Shown: positions 1 through 14,789 of the stretch, piece after piece
Numbering within the stretch: the stretch's first letter is position 1
Layout of the letters: each line of letters starts with the position of its first letter
DNA from: the human T2T-CHM13v2.0 reference genome, Homo sapiens
DNA length: 64,000 nt
NCBI RefSeq assembly: GCF_009914755.1
Contig: NC_060933.1
Strand: one strand, 5' to 3'
Made by a program: the position numbers and the translations under genes
The notes under the pieces: model-generated
Told to the model about the DNA's origin: nothing
What the model saw: only the letters and a program-made list of their open reading frames with translations
Databases searched by the model: none

Positions 1-1047
1 CATAACGTACATGGGTAAATACCATGGCAAAATGCTTGTAATTTAAAAGAGAGCATTGTTAGGAGACTTGTATCCGGTAAGTATATAAAAACCTGGACAC
101 AATGCCTATAATTTTGTAAGTGTTCAATATATGGAGAAGGAGGATTATTTTTCTTTCATTTAATTTTTAGAGCAACTTTATAAAATTGGTGATACTCATA
201 TATTTGAGATAATCAAACCAAGGATCAGAAAGACTAAACAAATCACCATAGTCACAAAGCAGTTCACAATACATTTACTGGATAATTTCTAGTTAAAAGT
301 AGCAATGATGATCACATTGAAAATCTTGTATTATCTGGTGGTTTTCTCTTACATAAGCTTCTTGGAATTTAGTAAGATAAGTTGCAGCTCAAAAAGCAGA
401 TCTGTAGAATATTTTATTCCAGAGATTGTAGTGGGGGCCAAAGTATTGCATGAGTTTTGTTGGGAACAAGGTATAGGCTGAGAATCTAAGCATACTTCAG
501 TTGGTGGTTTTCAGTTGGTGGGCAGTGGAAGAAGGAGGAGGAGCTCCGTCTGTGCTCTCTCTTCCCCCAGTCACAGCCCTCAGGCTTGTTGCATCCAGGC
601 CCTTCTAAGTTAAAACAGACAGGTTGACAGGTTTATTTATAATTTAGCAGACAAGTCAGCTCAGGGTAGGCAGGTGAGGTGGGGTGTGGGCTGCTAGTAC
701 AGTGCCGCCCTTTGACCCAGGGCTACCCATGCCCATGGGGCTATGCCATATATTATATATATAGTATTTTATATATATGTATATAAGCCTGTTGGTTTGT
801 TAAAACCATGGATTGCTCTATCAACGTGATCTATCAACATGATCAACGTTGCTCTGTCAAAGCGATCATTAGAAAAATGTGATGTACTTAGTGTGTAAAT
901 TTTAGAACATTTCTTCTGTTAGTCTGTTAATACTCAATTCTTTTCTAAAACACCTAGCCCAAATCTCCACAGGTTTTAATCGAATTATATTATAATTTGG
1001 ATTTTCTGGTCTGCCTATCTTCCAAATAATAAAGTTCTTAAAATTAA

Positions 1048-1524
1048 TTTTCTATTGCTGCCATAACAAATTTCCACAACTTTGTGGCTTAAATCAAAGA
1101 CTTACGACCCTATAGTTCTGTAGGGCAAACCTCTGACTGTGGTCTTACTGGGCTTAAGTCAAGGTGTTGTCAGGGCTGTATTGCTTTCTGGAGGCTCTAG
1201 AGAGAATCCATTTCCTTTTCCAACTTTTAGATGCTGTCCCTATTCCTTGGATCATGGGACCATCCCTCCATCTTCAAAGCTAGTAATGTGGGATGTCTGT
1301 GGCCATTGTTCTGTAGCCATATCACCTTCTGACTGTAGCTAGGAAAGATTATCTGATTTTATAGACACATGCAATTAGATTGGCTCCCAAGATAATCAAG
1401 GATAATCCCCCTAACTCAAGGGTTAATCACATCTCCAAAGTCCCTTTTGCCCCATGTAAAGTAATATGGTCACAGATTCCAGTGACTAGAACATCTTTAT
1501 GGGGTCATTATTTTGACTGTCACA
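1048..1524 (-). mobile_element. MLT1 (MaLR) solo LTR, MLT1C/D-like
   Basis: Typical MLT1 end 'ttctattgctgccataacaaatttccacaactttgtggcttaaa', internal 'ctggaggctctagagagaatccatttcc', ends 'ggggtcattattttgactgtcaca'. Confidence 0.8.
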
Positions 1525-1845
1525 AAGGCAAAGTCTTGGACTTATGCATATCTAGATTTTCTTTGCTTAATTTCAGAGCCTAGAACACATTAGACTCTAA
1601 ATAAATGTGAGTGAGTGATAAATATTATATTTACAGATTGCTGCCACATTGCAATTCTGTCCTCCCACTGGTGGTGGAATCCTATGTACTTTTTACCATC
1701 TCCGTTTTGCATTCAGACTGAACATGGCTGTGTTACTCCTTTCACCTGGGTGATTTCAAACCATCTCTCTATTTCTATTTGTAGAGATCTTATCTATCAA
1801 GCCCTTCTCAAATGCCACTTCAAAAAACTTTTTCTAATCCCCAAT

Positions 1846-2232
1846 TGTCTTAGTCAATTTATGCTCTTACAACAAAATAACACAGACTAGGCAATTTATG
1901 AAAACCAGACATTTATCTGTCATAGTTCTGGAGACTAGGAAGTCCAAGATCAAGGCATTGGCAGGTCTGATGTCTGGTAAGGGCTGTTCTCTCCGTTCAA
2001 GATGGTGTTTTGATGCTGCATCTTCCAGAGACAGGGAACACTGTGTCCTCACATGGTGGAAGGCGGGAGGGCAAGAGGGATGAACTCCCTCCATGGAGCC
2101 CTTTCATGAGGGCTCCTAAACCCATTCCTGAGGTAGGAGTCCTGATGGCCTAATCACTTCCTGTAGGCTCCACCTCCACACTATCACATTGTCAACGCTG
2201 AATCTTGGAGGAGGCACAGTGAAACCACAGCA
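1846..2232 (-). mobile_element. MaLR solo LTR (MLT1A/MST-like)
   Basis: 'tgtcttagtc...agttctggagactaggaagtccaagatcaaggcattggcaggt...ggcctaatcacttc...gaaaccacagca'. Confidence 0.8.
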
Positions 2233-3694
2233 CCAATCAAGTATGATCTTTCTCTCCTCAGAAACCCCCTCATATGTTTATACCTCCCATGCACTTTTAT
2301 ACATTTTGTCTCATGGTTTCTTCCTGTACAAATAAGGTGCTATAAATGGATAGCTATAGTTTTGGGTTTCATTTCAACAAAACACCCTTCCTAGTTTTTT
2401 GAACCCCAAGCGAAATATGAGGACAGGCCCCACCTTCCATTACAAAAGCTGAAAGGAGTGCATGATCCTTTTTCCAGTTTCTTGGCCACTCATGTGTGGG
2501 CACATATCTAGGCCCAGCCAACTGATGTCTCTTTATTAGAACTTGGAACCCGATGAAATGATGCAAAAGACCTGAAAGAATCAGAGATGATTCTGAGACA
2601 TTGAGCAGAGATGCAGGTCCAGGAATGTGGCAGCAAGGGCCTAGGTTCAGCAGAGCCCAGCTACATGGTGACAAGTGTCAAATGGCAACATCCTAGTGGT
2701 GGCATCCCAAGATCTGCTTCCATCGAATGAACTTGGCTGTGCTGAGTTTCCCTCAGTTCTTACCTTGCTTCTCCAGCATCTTCAGTGATTTTGTGAACTA
2801 TTCAATATCCTTTCATCGAATTCCTATTTTGCTTAAGTTGTCTAGAATTTGTTATTTTCAGTGAAAAATATAAACCAGTTATCCCCTCACATTAAAACAC
2901 ACTCCACTTAGGCATCTCCTGTGATCTCACTGGAGAAAAGTGTGGACGTTATTTGTAATTTGACTCAGAATGATAGGATTAGTTTGGTACTAGTAACAAT
3001 GGAGATAAGTAACTAACTTTTTGTGAAACTTCTTCCTGGGGTGAAACAAAATCTATTGTGGAAACTCTTTCCAATCATCTCTGGAAATTTATTAAGTGAC
3101 CTAGTATATAATGATAATTTACCATGATACTTGATAAAATAGTTTTGTGTGTTCAGAATAATTTCTTTTTTCTTTACCTTTGAAAACAATGCATCGATAG
3201 TTAATTTTCTCCTAAATTGTCTGTTTTTATTTCCATAAAAGGTATTTATTGAATATCTCCTTTTAATATAACTAGGCATTGTGTGATCAAAGTAAAATAA
3301 ATATGTTCTTGTTTCTGGAATTACTAAAGCTTTGAAAATGGACTTATCGACCTCAAACCAATGGGACATATTCCCATGTGGCCTGCTCCCCTGTTAGGGT
3401 TCCCAGGGTAAGTGGCGATTCCTTTTCTGTCTTTTTAAAGATTTTAGAAATGCAGCTTCTGCTGTGGGCCACTAGGCGGAGTACTTCAGAGCAGGGTTTG
3501 TGGGAGTACAAAGCTAACTTCTGCTGCTTTTGCTTGATGCTTCTGAAGCTTCCTTGACTACTGTGGATGATAAGTAACTATTTTCTTCCACTTCTTTCTT
3601 TTTTCCCCTCACTCTTTGAAGTGAACTTGAAACATTTAGGAAGTTTGTTGATCAACATATACCGTGTTTATGAAAATCCGGCTAAGATAATATG

Positions 3695-4105
3695 GCAGGA
3701 CTCCTTTGGTTATAAATAATAGAATTCAAACTCAAACTGGTCTAAGCCAAAAAAAAATATTAATTTGTGGACTCGTATAATGGAAAAATCCAGGGTGTAG
3801 CTTCAGAATGGCTGAATGTAGGGACTCAGGACTTGGCTCCTCTCAGCTTCCTTGCTTTTTTCTTCCCCATTGATTTTATTCTCAGACAAGTTTTCCCTTT
3901 GTGCTGCAATGTGGCCATCATCACTCCTCCAGTTTACATTTCCTTAGTTCCACAGCCCCAGAATAAAGCAAAAACAGAAACACTTCTAATAGTTTCAATA
4001 AGAGACTAGAGATTGACTTTGGGTGTGAGGCTTGGATTTCATGTCCATTTCTAGTTTCATCTGTGCCAGGATTAGAATTATATTCATTGGCCAGGCCTGT
4101 GTCAC
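3695..4105. mobile_element. Old MLT1 (K/L-like) LTR remnant
   Basis: 'ggactcctttggttataaataatagaattcaaactcaaactggtctaagcc' and 'ttttattctcagacaag' resemble old MLT1 LTRs. Confidence 0.5.
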
Positions 4106-7100
4106 GAGGTCATACAGGGTTTCCACTGTCCACACAGTGCCTTTGCAAGTATTAGAAAATGGCTCCCCTTTCTCCAGTTAGATGCAGCCCTGTCTCAGGG
4201 CATGTGGCTTGGAGAAGAGCATGCAGGCTGGATTTCAACCCCCCTTTCTCCCTTAGCTGGGTTTCTTCCTTGAGTGAACAACATACTTGTTAGTAGCTGT
4301 CCTGTGCTTATTCCTGAAACTGGGGGTGAAATCAGCCACCACGCCAAAACTGAAGGATAGAAGATGGCTTCATCTAGGGTATCAGATAATGGCTAATAAC
4401 AAAGGGAGGGGACAGTGGGTGCTGTGTGGGCAAAAGGAGCAAAAAATAATCCTAATCTGTCTAGACTTCATCTCAGAAGCCATATACAACCTTCTTCAAT
4501 GGAAATATTTAACACTTCAGGAGTGCCAAGAAGGCTATGAGGAGCATATCTCTTAAGGACTTAAGTTAGGGCATTCTAGAATGTATGCTTTATGGATTTA
4601 CCTTATAAATATATAACTGACTAATACACACAGAAAATATATTGCAGAGTAACATAGATGACAGAACTTGAAATACATGACATTCTACCGCAGTCTATCA
4701 TTATTTTCTAACTTATCAAAAGACTCAGAGGATCTTTTTTTTCGTATTGATAAATTTTTAACTAGAGCCCTATTTACTTGTGTCTTGAAAAACAGTATTT
4801 GCAAATATGTCTGAAGAGGAAACAGAAAGAAAATGATTCCAAAAAAGCTGATAACATTAAGACATCTGTTTATAGAAGATGTAAATTTGCAACCATTAAA
4901 AGCTTATAGGAGCTACACAGAATGTGAAGAAAAATAAATGAAACCAAACCGCTACAAGAAATAACCAAACTAAGAAGACAGCAAGAGAGGGAAAAAAAAA
5001 AGAACTGCAAAACATATGAAAAACAATTAACCAAACGCAAGTTACTCCTTACCTATCAACAATGACTTTAAATGTGAAAGGATTAAACTATCTAATTAAA
5101 AGACATAGAGTGGCACAATGCATAAAAGATACTCATCAGTACATATTTATAAGGGAGTCACTTTAGATATAAAGATACATAGAGGCTCAAAGTGAAGGGA
5201 TGGGAAAAGATACTGTACGCAAATGGTAAACAAAAAAGAGCAAGGGTATCTATATTTAGATCAGAAAAAATAGACTTGAAATCAAAAACTGTCACTAGAG
5301 ACTAAGAATGTCATTATATAATGATAAAAGTTCAATCCAATGGGAAGATTGAAAATATATATCCACCCAACATTAGAACACCTAAATATATAAAGTTAAT
5401 ATCAACAAAGCTAAGGGGAGAAATCAGTAACACTAAAATAATAGTAGCCAACTTCAGTACCCCAAATTCAATAATGGATAGAACATCTAGGAGGGAATAA
5501 AAAAAGCGGAAACAGCTGACTTGAACAACACAGTAGATTAAACACTGACAGATACAGAACTTTCCATCCAACAGCAGCAGAATATACATTCTTCTCAAGT
5601 GCACACAGAATCTTCTCTGAGATAGATCAAATCTTAGGTCACAAGGCATACTACAAATTTAAGAAGTTTGATATAATGCCAAGTATCTTCTCATTCCACA
5701 ATGGAATAAAATTAGAAGTCAATAACAAAGAAAACAGAAACATTTACAAAAATGCAGAAACTAAACAACACATGCTTAAACAACCATTGGGTAAAAGAAG
5801 AAATCAAAAGGGAATTTTAAAAATATCTTGAGACAAACAAAAATGAACATACAACTCAACAAAACTTACAGGATTCAATAAAAGAAGTGCTAAGAGGGAA
5901 ATGTTACAGTGATAAATACCTACATTAAAAAATAAGAAAGATCTAACTCGAACAACCTAACTTTACAAATAAACAATTAGAAAAAGAGAAACTAACTAAA
6001 CCCAAAGTTAGCATAATGAAGTAAATAATAAAGATTAGAATATAAATAAAATAACTATAAAATAGAAAACAATAGAAAAATCAACAAAGTTAGAGTTGAA
6101 TTTTTGGAAATACAAACAAAAATAACAGACCCTTAGCTACACTAAGAAAAAAAGAGAAACTCAAGTAAATATAATCAGAAATGAAAATGGAGACATTATA
6201 GGAAATGTACAGGAATACAAATGATTATAAAGGACAATTAAGCGATTATATGCCAATAAATTGGATAACCTAGAATAAATGGATAAATTCTTAGAAAGAT
6301 GCAATCTACCAAAATGGAACAAAAAAGAAATAGAACAGACCAAAAGCAAGCAAAGAGATTTAATCAGTAATCAATAATTTCCCAACAAAGAAAAGCCCAG
6401 GTGCAGATGCTTTCATGGGCAACTTCTACCAAACATTCAAAGAAGAACTAACACCAAAACTTCTTAAACTCTTCAGAAAAAATAGAAGAGAGAATACTCT
6501 CAAACTCATTTCATGAGGCCGATGTTACCATGACTTAAAAGCTAGACGAAGACAACACAAGAAAAAATAATTACAGACCAGTATCCTTAACGAATATAGA
6601 TGCAAAAATTCTCAGTAAAATACTAACTAGCAAACTGAATTCAAAAGCACATTGAAAAGGTCATACACCATGACCAATTGTAACTTATCTATGTGATACA
6701 AGGATGTTTCAATGTGTAAAAATTAATAATGTGATATACCACATTAACAGAATGAAAGATAAAAATAACATTCCAATGGATGCAGAAAACACATTTGACA
6801 AAATTCAATATACTTTCATGATAAAACTCTCAACAAAATAAGTATACAAGAAACTTACTTCAACACTGTAAAGGCTGTATATGAAAAACCTATATCTAAT
6901 ATTATAATCAATGGGGAAAAACTGAAAGCTTTTTCTTAATATCTGGAACAAGACAAGGATGTCTACTCTCATCACTCCTATTCAACATAGTACTGGAAAT
7001 CCTAGCCAGAGCAATCAGGCAAGAGAAATAAAAGGCATCAAAATTGAAAGGAAAGATGTAGATACCTCTGTTAACAGAAAACATGATTATTATACATTGA

Positions 7101-7139
7101 AAACTGTAAAGACTCCACAGAAAATGGTTACAAATAATA

Positions 7140-7363
7140 TAGTCAGTCTTTCATATCTGCTGGGGATTTGTTTCAGGACCCCCTCAGATAACAAAATCTG
7201 TGATGATCAACTCCCTCACATAAAATCCTGTACAGTTGGCCCTATGTATCCATGGGTACACATCTGTGGATTCAAACCACCACAGATGGAAAATGTGTAC
7301 AAATTTTGTTCATAGTTGATTGAGTTCATGGTTGCAGAACACATGGATATGAAGGACTGACTA
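7140..7363. mobile_element. MER2-like Tigger (TcMar) MITE, internally deleted
   Basis: 18-bp TIRs tagtcagtctttcatatc / gatatgaaggactgacta (1 mismatch), TA on both flanks (7138-7139, 7364-7365). Confidence 0.85.
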
Positions 7364-8654
7364 TAATAAATTTACTAAAGTTGTAGGATACACAATCGAC
7401 ATACAAAAATCATTGCTATTTCTAAACACTAACAATGAATTGTCTGAAAGGGAAATTTAAAAAACAGTATCAAATAAACTACTTTGGAACTAACTAACCA
7501 AACAAGTGAAAGACTTAAACACTACAAATTATAAAAGATTGATGACAGAAATTTAAGCCAAAGTAAATTGAAAGACAACCCATGGATTGAAAGAGTACTG
7601 TATTATTAAAGTGTCCATATTACTCAAAGCAATCTACACATTTAATATAATCCATATCAAAATCCCAATGGTATCTCTCACAGAAATAGAAAAAAAAAAT
7701 CCTAAAATTCATATAGAATCACAAAAATCCCTGAGTGGCAGAAGCAATTTTGAGCAAGAACAAAGCTACAGGTATCACACTTCCTGACTTCAAATTAAAT
7801 TATAAAGCTGTAGAAAGAAAAAACACTATGGTACTAGCATAAAAACAGACACATAAACCAGTGAAACAAAATAGAGAACCTAGGCATAACCCACACATTT
7901 GCAGCAATTGATCACCCTGGAAGGTGACAAGGAGACACTATAGGGAGAGGATATGCTCTTGACCAAATGGTGTTAGGAAAGCTGGATGTCTACATGTAAA
8001 AGAATGAAATCGGATCCCTAGCTCACGCCTTATGTAAAAATTAACTCAAAATGGATTAAACGTTTAAATGTAATCACTGAAACCATAAAACTCCTGGAAG
8101 AAGACAAGAGAAAACATTCTTGACATTGGTCTTGGCAATAATTTGTTTAGATATGATGCCAAAAGCACAGGCAACAAAGGCAAAATAGATAAATGAATTA
8201 CATCAAACTAAAAAGCTTCTGCACAGCAAAGAAAACAACTAATGAAATGATAACGCAACCTATGAAATGGGGAAAATGTTTTAAACCATATCTCTTATAA
8301 GGAGTTCAAAAAGTAAGAAGGACACATACACATCAATTCCAAAATTATGAATAACCTAATTTTATTTTAAGGCAAAGAACCTAAATAAATACATCTCAAA
8401 AGAAGAAACTCAAATGGTAACAGGTATATGAAAATGTTCGCAACATCTCTAAACTTCAGAGTAATGCAAATCAAAACCACAATGAGATATCATGTCACAC
8501 CTGTTAAAATGGTTATTATCAAAAAGAGAAAAGATAAGTGTTGGTAAGAATGTGGAGAAAAGAAAACCATTATACACTATTGACGGGAATGCAAATTAGT
8601 AAAACACAGAAAACAGTATTGAGGTTCCTCCAAAGAAAATTGAAAATAGCACTG

Positions 8655-8938
8655 GCCTGGTGTGGTGTCTCACACCTGTATTCCCAGGATTTGGGGAAGT
8701 CAAGGCAGGAGGCCAGGAGCTCCAGACCAGCCTGGGTAACATAGCAAGACCCCATCTCTGAAAAAAAATTAAAATTAACCAGACATGGTGTTGTATACCT
8801 GTAGTCCCAGCTACTCAGGTGGCTGAGGTAGGAGGATCGCTTGAGCCCAGGAGTTCAAGGCTGCAGTGAGCTATGATCTTGCCACTGGACTTTACCCTGG
8901 ATGACAGAGTGAGACCCGGTTTCAAAAATAAAAACAAA
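8655..8938 (+). mobile_element. AluJ
   Basis: Dimeric Alu with J-type 'gaggatcgcttgagcccaggagttcaaggctgcagtgagctatgat', A-rich tail. Confidence 0.9.
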
Positions 8939-9797
8939 GAACTACTACATAATCCAACAATTTCACTTCTGGATGTATGTCCAGTGAAATTGACATAAGA
9001 GTCTTAGAGAGGTGTCTGTCATCCCCTGTTCATTGCAGCATGACACACAATGACCAAAATATGAAAATAACCTAAGTGTCCTTTGGCAGAGGAACAGGTG
9101 AATGGGTAAAGAAAATGTGACGTGTATACATAAAATGAAATATTATACAACCTTAAAAAAGAAGGAAATCCTTCTATTTGTGAAAACATGGATGGAGCTG
9201 GAAGATATTGCGCCAAGCAAAAATGCAAGGCACAGAGACAACTACTTCATGATCTCACTTACATGAGGAATCTACAACAGTCAAATTCATAAAAACAGAG
9301 AATAGGACAGTGGTTGCCAGGGGCTCAGGGAGGGGAAACGGGGTGATGTTAATTAAATTGTGCAATGTTCAAGTTATAATAATTTCTGGAGATATAATGT
9401 ACAACATGGAACAACACTGTATCATATTCTTGTGTTCTGCTAAAGGACTAGATCATAAATTAATTACTGTCAACACACACACAATGGTAAATATGTAGAG
9501 ATAATATGCTAATTTGCTTGATTGTGGTGATCATTTCAAAAAGTATAGAAATATCAAAACATTAAGTTACCTTAAATTTATACAATTTGTATATGTCATG
9601 TTATCATCATAAAGCTTTGTTAAGAAAGATTTAGTGAATCATGTCTACCACCTGGGAACTTTCTCATGACAGGGAGGGCTGGAGTAGGAAAATGGAATTT
9701 TGCAACAAGTATAGGGTGAGGGACATGGGAAATGATTGATCAAGTATTTAAGAAATGACCTGGGTGGAAGCTACATCAAAGGGTATGAGCTTTAGAG

Positions 9798-10268
9798 CAT
9801 CAGTCCTCAAACTTTTTGGTTTCAGGAACACTTTACATTTTTAAAAGTTATTGAGGACCCCAAAGAGCATTTATTTATTTGGATTATATCTATCTATATT
9901 TATCATGTTAAACATTAAAACTGAGAAATTAAAACAAATAAAATAATATATGTTTACAAATAAATCACATTTTTATTTAAAATTATCATTTTTAAGCAGT
10001 AAAGTTGGTGAGAACAGTGACGTTGTTTTATATTTTTAGGTATGTCTTTAAAGTCTGGTTTAATAGAAGAAAACTTGGTTCTCCTTTCTGCTTCTATGTT
10101 TAATTTCTTGTGACATCCCATGTCAGGTAGCCTCTGGGAAAGTCCAATTATACTTGTGAGAGAATGAAAGTGGAAAAGGTAAACAAAACCTGTGTATTTT
10201 TATGAAAAGACTTTTGACCTTGCAGAGCCCCTGGAAGGGACTCAGGGACTTCTCAGGGTTCTCTGGCT
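9798..10268 (+). mobile_element. hAT-Charlie DNA transposon remnant (MER119/Charlie7-like)
   Basis: 'ctcaaactttttggtttcaggaacactttaca...ttattgaggaccccaaagagc' and 'cttttgaccttgcagagcccctggaaggg'. Confidence 0.65.
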
Positions 10269-10675
10269 CATGTGTTCACAGAGTAGAGGTTAAGTCCGCA
10301 AGAGAAAGCAGTGATTGGCTGTGGGAGGTCTTGCTGAGAGGTGGTAGAGAAGAGGTTGGATGTGTAGAAAGTATGGTCGTTCTTTTCATTTCTTTTCCCT
10401 TTCCTTTGGCCTCTTGTTGCTGGGATCTCCTCTTTAGATGATCGTATCATAAATTAGAAATAGCATTAATGAACATTCTTGATACTGCCTAATGAAAGTT
10501 TTTGTTTTGTCTTCCTGAGTCTTGATACATTTCAAGAAGTCTTCTATCTCATTTATTTTTCCCACCGAAATTTGGAATTTAGGAAGAGTCGATATAGCTA
10601 TATTTAGATGATTTATCTCCCTGAAGACATTTTGGGATCATTTATACATCTCTATAAACAATGCTCTGATGTTCC

Positions 10676-10981
10676 TTTATTTTGTTTAGAGACTGGGTCT
10701 TGCCGTGTTGTCTGGAGCGGAGTGGCTCGATCGTAGCTCACAATACACAATACAATCAAACTCCTGTGCTCAAAGTGATCCTTCCACTCAGCCTCCACAG
10801 TAGCTAGGTCTGCAGGTGTGTGCCAGCACGTCTAGCTTTTGATTACTATTATTATTTTTGTAGAAATGAGGGTTTCATTATGCTGTCCAGGCTGGTCTTC
10901 CAACTCCTGGCCTCAAGCGATCCTCCTGCCTTCTGCCGTCTGAGGAGCTGAGATTACAGGTGTAAGCCACCGTGCTGGTCC
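10676..10981 (-). mobile_element. AluJ (diverged)
   Basis: Reverse-strand Alu, 'caactcctggcctcaagcgatcctcctgcc...gattacaggtgtaagccaccg'. Confidence 0.85.
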
Positions 10982-11043
10982 TGATGTCATTTAAATACAA
11001 ACATGATACTGTATTCCTTGTAGAAAGTGCTACATAAATATAA

Positions 11044-11331
11044 TTTTTTTGAAATAGGGTCTTGCTGTGTCACCCAAGCTGGAAGGCAGTGGTATGATCA
11101 CACTCACTGCAGCCTTGACCTGCTGGGCTTAAGTGATCCTCCCATCTCAGCCTTCCAAGTAGCTGGGACCTGAGGTATGAGCCAGGAAGCCCAGAGAATT
11201 TTTCAATTTTTGGTAAAGATCGGCGTGTCACTGTGTTGCCCAGGCTGGTCTTGAACTCTTGGGCTCAAGTTACCCTCCGCCCAGGTCTCCCAAAGTGCTG
11301 GGATTACAGGCCTGAACCACTGCACCGGGTC
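11044..11331 (-). mobile_element. AluJ
   Basis: 'cactgcagccttgacctgctgggcttaagtgatcctccc...caaagtgctgggattacagg'. Confidence 0.88.
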
Positions 11332-12701
11332 CTAAAAATTTATTCACTTTATTTGTTTGTCCACAAGGTGCTGCTGTTTCCCTTCTAATAACATGAGACC
11401 GCTCACTCAAGAACACCAAGAACACGACATTCTCTAAAAAAAAATCATAGTAGTTACTTTTCCATAACTATTAAGTTTTCAAGATGTTATCAGGTTTATC
11501 TCATAGAAAGAATGTGTAAAATTTTTCATGTAGAAACATAATCTTTTAGCAATGAGTTAGTTAAAAAATTTGGCATTGTCAGAATGATTTCATTTTCCCT
11601 ATAATTTTATTTATTATAGTTATATTTTTAGTGATATCAATTACTTTATAAAAACTCATTGCATTATATACCCAATGACTGTGAAATCGTCTGCTTTGAA
11701 GCACAGTGAAGTCATCAATCAGCATACTGGGTCTAACACGGTCCCTTCCATTTTAAGAAAGCTATTTACACTCCAATTTGCAAGTTGGATTTTACAAAAA
11801 TTAAAACATTTAGAAAATATACTAACTATGATTGTTTTAAAAAGTAATGGTTTTTTATGTTAGGGAAATAAATTGAAGCTCTGTTTTGGAAAGTGCAGAA
11901 AACAAATCAGCATCTTTATAAATAGATTTTACTGCTGGTTTAGAAATTACCTTATGTGCTTTGTAGATGATGGAAAATGAAATCAGCTGCAGTTAGCAGT
12001 GTGCATGCATCGTACTTGCTGTGTCACTTTCAGAAAGATTATGGAACATTGGCAGGTCAGGATTCTCAAAATGATAAGTTCTAAGAAGAGGCTAAATGAA
12101 AAAGAATTTTAAAAGCAAGGCTAATTGTTTAATATATACATGGACGAGTTATGGGGAAATCCTGGACTGGGAGCTAGCAGATCTATGTTCTGACTTTTAC
12201 TAAGTCATTGGCTGCTACAGCAGGACAAGCAAACATAACTGCCAAGGCTGCCTGGGAGTTGGGTTGATTGGCAATTGGCACAGGGAGAAAGGACAATTGA
12301 CAGAATAATGGCCAAATAGGGTTTCATGTTCAGTGAAGCAGGACGTGCATTTGTATCCCAAGGGCAAAACTGACGCTAGAATCTGGGCCTCCTGGCTGAA
12401 TCTGAGTCCACAGTCTGATGAGTAGGATGAAGTAGTCTCAGAAATCCAAGCCAGCCAGAACCCATGAGGTGTGCTCTGCAGATATTGGCTGGCGAGCTGC
12501 ATTAAGATGTTTCATTCCATTGAGCAAACATTCCTTGATTGGTTAGGTTAGCATCCCACAAGAGCAAAGACAAATTCTTCAGAATTTGTCCATGAAGCTA
12601 TAGTTCCAGAGCTTATATTTCAAGGGAGGAGGGAGGAAACAGCATCTCAGGATGGTAGGTGATTACAGCTAAACCGAATTCTGAAAATAAAAGGAACCCT
12701 A

Positions 12702-13051
12702 TGTCTTTGTCTGCTCAGGCTGCTTCTACAAACAACTGTAGACTGAGTGGCTTAAACAGCACATACTGTTTCTTACAGTTGTGGGAATTCAAAGATTAAA
12801 ATCTGGGCCAGCAGAACCAGTGTCTGGTGAAGGCCCTCTTACTGGTTTGCAGGTGTTCTTGTTGTATGTTCACATGGCTGAGAGAAGAGGGCTCTAGTCT
12901 CCTACTCTTCTTATTAGGATGCTAACCCCATTGTGGGAACTCCATCCTCATCAAAACCAAATTACTTCCCAAAGGTCCTCCTTCTAATGCCATTCTATTG
13001 TTAGAGTTTCAACATGTGCATTTGTTGATGCAAACATGCAGTGCACAGCAT
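12702..13051 (-). mobile_element. MLT1A-like solo LTR
   Basis: 'tgtctttgtctgctcaggctgc...gactgagtggcttaaac...gtgtctggtgaaggccctctt...tttcaacatgtgcatttt'. Confidence 0.75.
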
Positions 13052-13299
13052 CTTATCTAATCAAGTCAGTTGTCCCTTGAATAAAATTTTAGCTCCTATA
13101 ACAAGACTTCAAATTATGACTTGGTTGTTGCCAAAACTATCTATCTGGATTTGCTAGAAATCAAACATACTTGAATATTTCCTCTAAAGATTTTCTCATT
13201 CCTACCCTATTGTGTATATTTACAGAATTCTTAAATAATTACATACTCAAGGCTTCTATTAGCTCTGACGAGAGCTTCTGTTAGCTTTGACTATTGCAA

Positions 13300-13575
13300 G
13301 CAGCTTTATAGCACTGTAGGTAAAAGCATGTGCTTTGAAATCATACAATAAATTTATTGAATGCTAAGCACTTTATATTCACTATTTAATTTTATCATCT
13401 TAATAACCTTCATTATTACCTCCATTAAACCCTATTTGTTGGCTAATTATATTATTCTGATTTTGCAAATCTAAATTTGAGAGGCTTTCCCAATGTCACA
13501 TAAGTTAATAAGTGGCATAGCTGGGGTTTGAATTAAAGTCTACCTGATTCCAAGATCTATTTACCATTGTTCTAC
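13300..13575. mobile_element. MIR fragments
   Basis: 'cccaatgtcacataagttaataagtggcatagctggggtttgaa...tctacctgattccaaga' MIR core. Confidence 0.6.
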
Positions 13576-14789
13576 AATATGTACTTTTTAGGTCCCTGAG
13601 AATGCTAACAGCCTTTCTTTTGAAATCTGCCTTATTTCTGGATAGCAGCTTTATTAATATGTGATTATGGCACCATATTTCAGGCAACAAAATTCTTTGA
13701 AATCTTTCATTTCCATAGTGAGATAAGGATCAGTTCTGTGGCATTGTCAGCCAGAAAACATCATTTGGAGACTATCTTGTACAAGAAGTAGAAGACACAG
13801 CTGGGGTCCTGCGGAGGACAGAAAGTTCACATCCATACCCCTTTCACTTCCTCCTCAAGGAGATGGACCTCTGTGGTTGGTCAAGCTTAAGGATCGTTTA
13901 TGGGCCACAGCTAATGGTGAAATCTTCCTAACTCTAGGTGAAGATTAATGGGCAAGTTGGAGAGTTAAGGTAGCTTATGGCTGCTCCTTTTAGAAAAAGT
14001 CTGATCATTGCTCTCTTATTTGTGAAACCCCTCTGTTCCCCCAAATGCTTGGTAAGACATTCCTGAAGACCAATCCTGTGTCAGTAGACTTCATATCTAC
14101 TCTCTTCTACCAATCATACAACTACAGACAAATAAGAAAAATAAAGCAAAGCTTAGACACACTCCCCTGGCACGGAGGCCACTCTCTGGCTGGCTGCTTT
14201 TCTCTACCATGGCGCCTCCTGGGCATTTGGCTCTTTCTTAGATCAAACAGAGACATGGGTTTGGGATTAAAGAGAAGTAGGTGAAAGGGGTCTCTGGCCT
14301 GTTTTGGCATTAGACCAAGTAAATAACAGAGTTCTGGCTTAAGCTCAGCTCTGTAGAGCTTTCTCTGTGTTTGGGGAAAATCTCCCATAGTAATGAAGAG
14401 GTATTTTACTGTGCTTTGTTTTCTGTACATATATCTCTTTCTTAGGTATGTTGTGAAGAGATTCATTCCCTGGACAAATGCCATCTTAATCACCTTCATT
14501 ATTACCAATTTTATTTTATTTGCAGAATAAAAATTTAAATAGACATTCAGGAAACAAGTCTGGTGAGAGAATTATGTTATGAGGTTAATCTTTCAGCATC
14601 TGCCTTAGGGACATTGATTATTTTCCCCCTTGTTTTTCACCAAGCTCCAGGCTTGCAAAAGAATTGTGATGTGGTCTGAGGCAAACTTACTGATTGGCTA
14701 GTGGTAAGTTAAACCATAACCTGTAGAACCACTGGGAACCATTGCTTGTCACCGGCCAGAAATCCACTGTTTGGAGGTGTGCGCTGGGA

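Larger units (their letters stand above)
4920..9630 (+). mobile_element. Old L1 (L1MA-type), decayed ORF2 through 3' UTR; interrupted by MER2-like MITE and AluJ
   Basis: A-rich; endonuclease start 'actttaaatgtgaaaggattaaac' (TLNVxGLN), RT-region 'gatgcagaaaacacatttgacaaaattcaa', C-terminal 'atgcaaatcaaaaccacaatgagatatca', L1M-type 3' UTR; many stops and frameshifts. Confidence 0.9.

Noticed and set aside
815-862. Short imperfect repeats (ctatcaacgtgat/ctatcaacatgat)
   Set aside because: A ~13-bp slippage duplication with no further structure
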